The position numbers were made by a program, and so were the translations under genes. The notes under the pieces are model-generated. The model was not told the origin of the DNA. It saw only the letters and a program-made list of their open reading frames with translations, and did not search any database. A DNA stretch of 64,000 bases from a phage, in the sequence record PZ445428.1; one strand, 5' to 3'. Of the stretch, positions 57,683-64,000 are shown piece by piece (within the stretch, counting starts at the first letter, position 1; each line of letters opens with the position of its first letter).

Positions 57683-58828
57683 ATGACAACCTTACTAAAT
57701 CTGAACTGGAATCCTGATTCTGAAGAGCTATTTCTGGGTGATGCTTTGGGAGTAGCAGACTATGTTCGTGTTGCTCATCCAGAGCTAGAACGACTTGCAC
57801 TATTGCAGAGGAGCCAGTTTTGGACTGAAACAGAAATCAGTCTAGAAAGTGACAAAAAGCAATGGCCTAATCTCCCAAGAGAAATACAAGAAATCACTCT
57901 GCTGAATTTAGCTTGGCAGGTTCAAACAGATTCATTTATTAGTAGAGCACCAGAAGCCGCAGTACTTCCTTTGGTTAGTCGCCCTGAGTTAGAGGGAATG
58001 CTAAAGCAGTGGAGCTACTTCGAAGATCTGCACAGCCGTGCTTATAGCAACATTATCCGTAACGTTCTGACTGATCCAGCAGAATTTATCGATTCTGTTA
58101 CAAAAAACCAAGAAGCATTCGCACGTATCGCTGATTCCGTAGAACTGTTCGATGAACTGTATCAATTAGGTCAGTATTTCATCGCAGTACGTGACCATCG
58201 TGGTGACAATACTTATCCAGAAACCGAGTTTCCTGAAGTTAAACGTGAAACTCAGGCTAAACTGTTAGATGCCTATTTTGCAATCTATGGTCTGGAAGCA
58301 ATGCAGTTCTACGCATCTTTTGCTTGTACCTTTGCTCTAGCAGAAAACGATATTCTGCAAGGTATTGCTAAGAACCTGCAATTGATTGCTAAAGATGAAG
58401 CTCTGCATACTCAAATGTCCAAAGCAGTTATCCAGATCATGTTCCAGCAGTTCGACCAAGATCTGATTGATGAAGCTCTGGCTAAAGCACCAGCGCAGCT
58501 TTTGAAAACTCTGCAAACTGAAATCAACTGGGGCCACTTTATCTTTAAAGGCCGTAGTCTGATTGGTCTGAACGCAGAACTTCTGGAAGAATACCTTTAC
58601 TTTGTAGGACGTAACGCATTTATGCATATTGGCGTAGAATGGCCGAGCAATCTGCCAGTAATTACTAAGAACCCAATTCCGTGGATCATGAACTGGCTGG
58701 ATACTACCTCTTTACAACCTGCTCCACAGGAAATCCAGATTGGTGCAGCTTATCGTGTAGGTCAGGTAACTGAGACTTCAACTGATACCTTGAAAGACCT
58801 GGGTAATGAATTTGAGGGCATGTTCTAA
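57683..58828 (+). CDS. nrdB: Ribonucleotide reductase small subunit (class I beta)
   Basis: 381 aa; di-iron ligand-like ExxH segments (EDLHSRAYS, DEALHTQ); adjacent to nrdA. Confidence 0.85.
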   Translation: MTTLLNLNWNPDSEELFLGDALGVADYVRVAHPELERLALLQRSQFWTETEISLESDKKQWPNLPREIQEITLLNLAWQVQTDSFISRAPEAAVLPLVSRPELEGMLKQWSYFEDLHSRAYSNIIRNVLTDPAEFIDSVTKNQEAFARIADSVELFDELYQLGQYFIAVRDHRGDNTYPETEFPEVKRETQAKLLDAYFAIYGLEAMQFYASFACTFALAENDILQGIAKNLQLIAKDEALHTQMSKAVIQIMFQQFDQDLIDEALAKAPAQLLKTLQTEINWGHFIFKGRSLIGLNAELLEEYLYFVGRNAFMHIGVEWPSNLPVITKNPIPWIMNWLDTTSLQPAPQEIQIGAAYRVGQVTETSTDTLKDLGNEFEGMF

Positions 58829-59364
58829 TGATAGCAGCAATCTATGCAACTGGGCCGAAAGGGGAGTTCGGCCTCAATGGTAGACTCCCTTGGGGTTCCT
58901 TCAAAGAGGAACTAGATATATTTTATGCCACACTAGATTCTCTAGCACCTGATAACATCATCATTGGTGCAGGTACGTGGTTGGGCTTTCCTGAAACGCT
59001 TCAAAAGCGGATTTTAGGGGATTCTGATCTGTTTATTTATGCCAATGCCCACAAGCCTTTACCAGAAACTATTGGGTGCCCTACTCGAATTACTAGCATT
59101 GGGTATACTTTGCCTGAATTCTTTAAGGAAGAAGTAACAGTAGTATTGGGCGGAGCAGCTTTGCTCCTAGAGATGTATGCTAAAAATCACTTAGACATGG
59201 CATATGTTTCGACAATCGCATCAGCAACACCATTATCAGCTGATGTACACTTGCATCCACATATTACTATGACTAACTCGATGGCAACCAGAATGGAGTA
59301 TGCATCAGGGGAGAATGCGGATAAAACCCTTTCCTTCCTACAGGAGCTGGTAACGTTTAAATGA
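58828..59364 (+). CDS. Dihydrofolate reductase
   Basis: 178 aa; [23 protein letters not shown] matches DHFR N-terminal substrate-binding signature; immediately upstream of thyA. Confidence 0.7.
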   Translation: MIAAIYATGPKGEFGLNGRLPWGSFKEELDIFYATLDSLAPDNIIIGAGTWLGFPETLQKRILGDSDLFIYANAHKPLPETIGCPTRITSIGYTLPEFFKEEVTVVLGGAALLLEMYAKNHLDMAYVSTIASATPLSADVHLHPHITMTNSMATRMEYASGENADKTLSFLQELVTFK

Positions 59365-60215
59365 AACAATATATTGAAACAGGAAAACGTATTCTCGAAG
59401 AAGGTCAGTGGGTAACTAATCCTAGAACAGGTGTACGTTGCCTCACTATTATTGATGCAGATTTCACTTTTAATGTGGGGGCTAATGAATTTCCTCTTAT
59501 TACTACTCGTAAGGCATTTGCAAAACAAGCAATAATGGAAATGATTGGCTATCTACGTGGTTATGACTCCGCAGCACAATTCCGCGATATCGGGGTTAAT
59601 ACGTGGAACGCTAATGCAAATGAAAACCTTGCATGGTTGGATAATCCATATCGTAAAGGCGAGGATGATATGGGACGGGTCTATGGTGTTCAAGGACGTC
59701 ATTGGACAAACTCTGATGGTCTTATGTTTGACCAATTATCCAAGATCTATCGTAACCTGAAAAGAGGGATTGATGATCGTGGGGAAATTCTAACTTTCTG
59801 GAATCCGGGGGAGTTCTCAAAGGGCTGCTTGCGTCCTTGTATGCACACCCATCAGTTCTCTATTCTAGGTGATACCTTATATCTGAATTCATTTCAGAGG
59901 TCTAATGACTTCCTGCTAGGCCAGGTATTTAACATGGTTCAATGCTACGCTTTGCTTGCAATCATGGCTCAAATCACTGGATATAAACCTGGGATCGCTC
60001 GCCAAAAGATCGTGAATCTTCACATCTATGAGAATCAGTATGAAGTTCTAATGGAACACAAACAGTTTGATCGTGAACCTTTTGAGCCGCCTCATCTGAT
60101 TATTAATCCAGATATTCGAACTTTGGATGATGTATTAACTTGGGTAAGTAAGGATGATTTTACTGTTCGTGGCTATGAACATCATCCTGCTATTGCATAT
60201 CCATTTACGGTGTAA
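59361..60215 (+). CDS. thyA: Thymidylate synthase
   Basis: 284 aa; [17 protein letters not shown], catalytic-Cys region [25 protein letters not shown]. Confidence 0.9.
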   Translation: MKQYIETGKRILEEGQWVTNPRTGVRCLTIIDADFTFNVGANEFPLITTRKAFAKQAIMEMIGYLRGYDSAAQFRDIGVNTWNANANENLAWLDNPYRKGEDDMGRVYGVQGRHWTNSDGLMFDQLSKIYRNLKRGIDDRGEILTFWNPGEFSKGCLRPCMHTHQFSILGDTLYLNSFQRSNDFLLGQVFNMVQCYALLAIMAQITGYKPGIARQKIVNLHIYENQYEVLMEHKQFDREPFEPPHLIINPDIRTLDDVLTWVSKDDFTVRGYEHHPAIAYPFTV

Positions 60216-60218
60216 CAT

Positions 60219-60572
60219 ATGTTAATTATACTATTATTTGTAATATTCTTTCTAAAACATTTTATGGCCGATTATCCTCTCCAAACACCATATATGCTAA
60301 GAAAGACTCATAAAATAGGGTGGAAACTTCCATTATTAACCCATTCTCTAGTACATGCTGTATTAACATTTGCAATTCTAATTCTATTCACATCACTAGG
60401 GATGGCTATAGCTTTAGCTATTATGGAATTAATTTTACACTTTATTATAGATTATTGGAAAGCACAACGCTGTAAGTACGCTATAAGCGATGCTAAGTTT
60501 TGGATAGCTTTAGGATTTGATCAGTTACTGCACTATCTGACATACGCCTTAATAATCTTGATTATAATCTAA
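60219..60572 (+). CDS. Small integral membrane protein (hypothetical)
   Basis: 117 aa with about three hydrophobic helices (LIILLFVIFFL, AVLTFAILILFTSLGMAIALAIM, ALIILIII). Confidence 0.4.
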   Translation: MLIILLFVIFFLKHFMADYPLQTPYMLRKTHKIGWKLPLLTHSLVHAVLTFAILILFTSLGMAIALAIMELILHFIIDYWKAQRCKYAISDAKFWIALGFDQLLHYLTYALIILIII

Positions 60573-60577
60573 CTCAA

Positions 60578-60603
60578 ATAGCCCTTCGGGGCTATTATAT
60601 TTA
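60578..60603 (+). terminator. Terminator-like hairpin after membrane protein gene
   Basis: ATAGCCC-TTCG-GGGCTAT hairpin followed by T-rich TATATTT. Confidence 0.5.
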
Positions 60604-60611
60604 AATTTCAT

Positions 60612-60640
60612 TTGCTTACTGAGTGAAATTCAAATATAAT
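60612..60640 (+). promoter_or_regulatory. Sigma70-type promoter
   Basis: TTGCTT-17 nt-TATAAT then GGAG RBS and ATG 60665. Confidence 0.55.
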
Positions 60641-60664
60641 ATATTTTATAAATTGGAGACACCT

Positions 60665-60919
60665 ATGGGACTCTTTAAAAAGAAAGTTTATTTAACACAA
60701 AGTCAAGAACGCAGGTTCTTAACTCTGTCTCAGTATTATCACTTACCTTTCGATCATTTCGTAGAACGGGCGATAGAACAATTCCTAGAAAAGGAACTAA
60801 GGGCAATAAGACCCGAACCGCCAAGAGTACCCAATGATGCACAGAGAGGCCACCCACGTATTCCTCCTATGCCGCCAATTCCTCAGGCGACTAGGGTCAT
60901 TGTAGAGGGCGAAAAATAA
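60665..60919 (+). CDS. Hypothetical protein, Pro-rich C-terminus
   Basis: ATG 60665 after GGAG (track start 60623 lies inside the promoter). Confidence 0.3.
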   Translation: MGLFKKKVYLTQSQERRFLTLSQYYHLPFDHFVERAIEQFLEKELRAIRPEPPRVPNDAQRGHPRIPPMPPIPQATRVIVEGEK

Positions 60920-61188
60920 TGTCTATTCTTTTATCTGCTTTAGAAGCAAAACAAAATACTATTGCTGTTATTAAACAGGAAGTAATTGACCTAGAATCAC
61001 TTATTGCCGTAGAGATTGATAAAGCAATCAAAGAAAAAGAATTTAACTGCCATATTCAGGGATTAACTGAATATTCAGAAAACGCCAGAAACAGCGTTAT
61101 GCAACGACTTACTAAACTAGGCTATATCGTAGAGGCTAAGTATGAGCAGCGTGAAGGTTTTTGGCTTGAAATTGACTGGAGCAAATAA
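60919..61188 (+). CDS. Hypothetical protein
   Basis: 89-aa ORF, start overlaps upstream stop. Confidence 0.3.
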   Translation: MSILLSALEAKQNTIAVIKQEVIDLESLIAVEIDKAIKEKEFNCHIQGLTEYSENARNSVMQRLTKLGYIVEAKYEQREGFWLEIDWSK

Positions 61189-61664
61189 TGTCGGTTTTCC
61201 ACATATATACAGATGGTGCATGTAAAGGTAATCCTGGGTTAGGCGCTTGGGGTTTTGTAGTATATGATCCTACTGATGAACGTTTAGGTTCTAAATCCGG
61301 TTTTAATCCAAAAACCACAAATAATGAGATGGAACTCACAGCTATTGTTGAAGTTCTACGTTGGGCTACTAAAAATGATAAGCGCCCAGCTATGATCTAC
61401 ACTGACTCTACATACTGTAAAAATGGCATGGAAAGCTGGGTTTTCTCCTGGCAGAAAAAAGGCTGGAAGAAAGCCGATGGAGAAGCCCCTCTTAACCTAG
61501 AGTTGTGGAAAGAAGCATTCTCATTACTACAAAAATACATAAACTTCCACGACACCACACCGACCTTCGTTAAAGTCAAGGGGCACTCAGGTGGTCCTAG
61601 AAATGACGAAGTAGACGCTCTATGTAATACAGTTATAACAGAGCAAGAGTTAGCTGAGATGTAA
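61188..61664 (+). CDS. Ribonuclease H
   Basis: HIYTDGACKGNPG, TNNEMELTAIVE, IYTDSTYC, VKGHSGGPRNDEVDALCN (RNase HI DEDD catalytic pattern). Confidence 0.8.
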   Translation: MSVFHIYTDGACKGNPGLGAWGFVVYDPTDERLGSKSGFNPKTTNNEMELTAIVEVLRWATKNDKRPAMIYTDSTYCKNGMESWVFSWQKKGWKKADGEAPLNLELWKEAFSLLQKYINFHDTTPTFVKVKGHSGGPRNDEVDALCNTVITEQELAEM

Positions 61665-61684
61665 TAAATAAATTAAAAATTCAG

Positions 61685-61713
61685 TTGCTTAAAGCCCTCG
61701 ATTTTAGTATAAT
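61685..61713 (+). promoter_or_regulatory. Sigma70-type promoter
   Basis: TTGCTT-17 nt-TATAAT; 9-bp inverted repeat AAAGCCCTC/GAGGGCTTT brackets the -10 and the RBS. Confidence 0.5.
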
Positions 61714-61740
61714 ATTCATATTGAAAGTGAGGAGGGCTTT

Positions 61741-62019
61741 ATGCGAATTTATAACTCAAATTCATTAGGTTTCAAACCATTGAGAAAACGTGCACAATCT
61801 CCGCGTCAGATCAGAAAGGCTAATATCGGAGAACCAGAAACGCGTCTTCCGCCACCTCCTGAACAACGTTTAGTTTATCTAGACGAGGAATTGGCAGAAC
61901 GTGAACGTAAAGCTCAAGAAGAAATTGAGCGTAAGAAGATGTGTACTGCTCCGGCATATAATAAAGGTGCATATCAATACGTTTCTGATGAAGAACAAGC
62001 TAAGATGGTCGGCAGATAA
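61741..62019 (+). CDS. Hypothetical protein
   Basis: 92-aa ORF with GAGGAGG RBS and own promoter. Confidence 0.3.
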   Translation: MRIYNSNSLGFKPLRKRAQSPRQIRKANIGEPETRLPPPPEQRLVYLDEELAERERKAQEEIERKKMCTAPAYNKGAYQYVSDEEQAKMVGR

Positions 62020-62035
62020 TTTTTAAAAAATTCAT

Positions 62036-62064
62036 TTGCTAAACGCTTCAAAATCTCGTATAAT
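62036..62064 (+). promoter_or_regulatory. Sigma70-type promoter for basic protein gene
   Basis: TTGCTA-17 nt-TATAAT. Confidence 0.55.
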
Positions 62065-62102
62065 ATACTTCATAAATTGATCAACAAAAAGGAAAATAAA
62101 TA

Positions 62103-62618
62103 ATGGCTAAGCAGAAAAACGCAAAAACTCAGGCAGCTCCAGCAGTTAAGACTTTCCCGCAGACCGAAGCTAATCGTAAGGCTCGTCTGGAACGTCATCT
62201 GCGTAAGCATCCTGAAGATGTTCAGGCTGCACAAGCTCTGGGTCGTCCGGCTCCTGTTCGTCAGAAACCGAAGGCTAAAAACTCAACCCGAGCTGTAGCT
62301 AAACAGGTTGTGTTCATCAAAGGTGAAGGCCACAAGTCTGTACCTGTAACCCTGGGCTTCAACGGTGGAGCTGAAATGTTCTCCCGTAAGGACATGTCCC
62401 CGAAAGAGTACGAAAAAGCAGTTAATCAGAAACGTAAGCCAATGGCCGACGTATTCCGTGAAACTCGCGGCCAGTTCGGCTCTGTTAAACCGAATATCTT
62501 CGGTGTAGAGTATAGCCGTGACAACGTTCGCGCTCTGTGCTACGGCATTGGCATCAAGTTCACTGGTGCTTCTGATCGTAAATCCGCTAAACCGGCTCGT
62601 AAGCGTAAAGCGAAGTAA
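62103..62618 (+). CDS. Highly basic protein, codon-optimised (putative abundant nucleic-acid-binding protein)
   Basis: 171 aa, Lys/Arg-rich termini (…KPARKRKAK), codon usage like capsid gene; strong promoter upstream, hairpin downstream. Confidence 0.4.
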   Translation: MAKQKNAKTQAAPAVKTFPQTEANRKARLERHLRKHPEDVQAAQALGRPAPVRQKPKAKNSTRAVAKQVVFIKGEGHKSVPVTLGFNGGAEMFSRKDMSPKEYEKAVNQKRKPMADVFRETRGQFGSVKPNIFGVEYSRDNVRALCYGIGIKFTGASDRKSAKPARKRKAK

Positions 62619-62626
62619 TGATTGAT

Positions 62627-62640
62627 GGGGCGAAAGCCCC
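62627..62640 (+). terminator. GC hairpin with GAAA tetraloop (terminator or RNA processing site)
   Basis: GGGGC-GAAA-GCCCC; no clean U-run. Confidence 0.35.
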
Positions 62641-62676
62641 ATATACTAACTCTCTTTCTAACTAAGGATATTTTTT

Positions 62677-62892
62677 ATGTTCTCTAAGAAACCACGTTCC
62701 GTTACTGAAATCGTTGCTTCCTTTACCACAATTACTGACGAACTTCAAGCTCGTATTGATGCTGATCAGAAAACCGCTGCTGAAATTCAGAAACAGCAGG
62801 AAGAACTTGCTCTGAAATTGGCTGAAACCAATAAGAGCGAAAAATCTGCTCAAACTATTAAGGAAAACATCCTTAAACTGCTGGGTAAGTAA
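62677..62892 (+). CDS. Hypothetical small helical protein
   Basis: 71-aa ORF with AAGGATA RBS, biased codons. Confidence 0.3.
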   Translation: MFSKKPRSVTEIVASFTTITDELQARIDADQKTAAEIQKQQEELALKLAETNKSEKSAQTIKENILKLLGK

Positions 62893-62893
62893 T

Positions 62894-63154
62894 ATGAGAC
62901 ATAATAACTCACGTATTATGTCTGGTATGCTTCAACGACTATTTAACGATGGAGCGGTGAGGGCTTATCGGACAGACATTACCAATATTTGGAAACTAGA
63001 GTTTAGGTTATCAGATGATTCCGAAGCCATAAACAACCGTACCTTTACTTGGTATGAATTTGAAGATGAAGTTCAGCAGTTTAGCGAGGGTTACTTTGTA
63101 ACACCTGGAGAAGCTCAGGCTGCCCTAGAGCACTACTGTAGGACTTATCTCTGA
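62894..63154 (+). CDS. Hypothetical protein
   Basis: 86-aa ORF. Confidence 0.3.
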   Translation: MRHNNSRIMSGMLQRLFNDGAVRAYRTDITNIWKLEFRLSDDSEAINNRTFTWYEFEDEVQQFSEGYFVTPGEAQAALEHYCRTYL

Positions 63155-63161
63155 TATACTA

Positions 63162-63177
63162 GGGGGCGAAAGCCCCT
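63162..63177 (+). terminator. Second copy of GAAA-tetraloop hairpin
   Basis: GGGGGC-GAAA-GCCCC(T); same element as at 62627. Confidence 0.35.
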
Positions 63178-63193
63178 CTCATTTGGAGAAACT

Positions 63194-63409
63194 ATGCGTA
63201 ACTTCGTTGCAAAGAATGATTTTAACCGTGCTAGCACTCATAAGTCTGCTAGAGATTATACTCGTCTTTCTAAACATGAGCTTCTAGAAGAAATCATGGA
63301 AGAAAACTGGGATGTTAATGAAAATGGAACAGACCTGTTTGAAGAAGAAGAAATTCCCTTGAAAGACCCCAAGCAGTGGGAGTCTAACAAAGAGACCACT
63401 CTTTGTTAG
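63194..63409 (+). CDS. Hypothetical acidic protein
   Basis: 71-aa ORF after GGAGAA RBS. Confidence 0.3.
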   Translation: MRNFVAKNDFNRASTHKSARDYTRLSKHELLEEIMEENWDVNENGTDLFEEEEIPLKDPKQWESNKETTLC

Positions 63410-63433
63410 TTTTCTACACAATAAGGATAAGTT

Positions 63434-64000
63434 ATGAAAGTAAAACCATTTGGTATGCTGGACATTGAATCCCTAGGGACTCCAGATAACTGTGGAACAA
63501 CCCATATCGCAATGCCGTCTTTCGCTTTCGTAGCCATGCACGGAATTGATACAGACCCTGACCTGATCTTCGTAACCCTAGACGTTCAAGATCAACTTAA
63601 TGCAGGTGCTAAAGTTACTGCATCTACATTTGCTTTCTGGATGGATCAGGCTAAAAATAGCCCATCTGCCCTCCACATTATGGAAGCTTTACAAAGCAAA
63701 GGTGCAAAACTCATTGCATTCCGTGATGGTAAACACCAGTGCACTAATGAACTAGGTTCAAACTATGGAGCTTACCTCATGGCTAAGAACATGATGGAAA
63801 TCTTCCTAGACGAAAATGCACTGTACTACGGCAATGGCCCAGAATTTGATATGACTATCTACTCTGCTAATACGTTCCATGCTGGAACTAATGAAGCAGT
63901 CGTTCCATGGAAATTCTGGAATCTGGGTAACGTTCGTTCTTTCCGTAATCTGTGGATGCAAGCAGGTTATAATTACAAAGAACTGGAAGCCGAAGGTGCT
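63434..64000 (+). CDS. DnaQ-like 3'-5' exonuclease candidate, 3' end cut by the window
   Basis: Open frame from ATG 63434 (AAGGATAA RBS) to window end with no stop; FGMLDIESLG resembles the exonuclease D-x-E motif; not in the ORF track because it is unterminated. Confidence 0.3.
   Translation, partial: MKVKPFGMLDIESLGTPDNCGTTHIAMPSFAFVAMHGIDTDPDLIFVTLDVQDQLNAGAKVTASTFAFWMDQAKNSPSALHIMEALQSKGAKLIAFRDGKHQCTNELGSNYGAYLMAKNMMEIFLDENALYYGNGPEFDMTIYSANTFHAGTNEAVVPWKFWNLGNVRSFRNLWMQAGYNYKELEAEGA

Noticed and set aside
51376-60215. Group I introns or inteins interrupting nrdD, nrdA, nrdB or thyA
   Set aside because: All four reading frames are continuous with expected motifs in order; the only interruption of the RNR locus is the free-standing HNH gene between nrdA and nrdB
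61691-61739. Inverted repeat AAAGCCCTC...GAGGGCTTT as an RNA hairpin hiding the RBS
   Set aside because: The left arm lies in the promoter spacer upstream of the likely transcription start, so it would not be in the mRNA; it may still be a DNA-level operator
1-64000. CRISPR array, integrase/transposase or prophage attachment features
   Set aside because: No regularly spaced direct repeats and no recombinase-like ORF; the content is that of a strictly lytic phage

Overview
This window reads as a contiguous piece of a lytic, T5-like (Tequintavirus-type) coliphage genome, AT-rich by eye, with no integrase, tRNA or CRISPR seen. All calls are from reading the sequence and the ORF track, using motif recognition and gene order; no database search or structure prediction was run. 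Three blocks are visible: (1) 1-25.7 kb, plus strand, the late structural module: large terminase, an HNH endonuclease, portal, Ig-domain decoration protein, prohead protease, major capsid protein, head/tail completion proteins, tail tube protein, tape measure protein, distal tail protein, baseplate hub, tail-tip protein, collar protein and two tail-fibre genes that both end in a chaperone-like domain. (2) 25.7-53.3 kb, minus strand, the early replication/recombination module: dUTPase, flap endonuclease, SbcCD-like nuclease, helicases, family A DNA polymerase, primase, DnaB-like helicase, a split NAD-dependent ligase, a large initiator-like P-loop protein, a Sir2-like protein and class III ribonucleotide reductase NrdD. 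(3) 53.3-64 kb, plus strand, early nucleotide-metabolism genes: PhoH, NrdA, an HNH homing endonuclease, NrdB, DHFR, thymidylate synthase and RNase H, plus small codon-optimised proteins. Many intergenic gaps carry the same sigma70-type promoter (TTGCWW-17-TATAAT) followed about 20 nt later by a GAGAGGAG ribosome-binding site, often directly after a hairpin terminator. The ORF track starts ORFs at ATG, GTG or TTG, so several starts were moved to the first codon with a Shine-Dalgarno sequence. The most interesting items are a zinc-less Sir2-like protein in a cluster of small early genes, a 550-bp ORF-free structured region beside the initiator-like gene, a dual tail-fibre locus with an in-frame 57-bp tandem repeat, an A15 run inside an HNH gene, and a promoter-only tandem cassette with no ORF. 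I did not find one clear, self-contained novel system; these are candidates that need checking.
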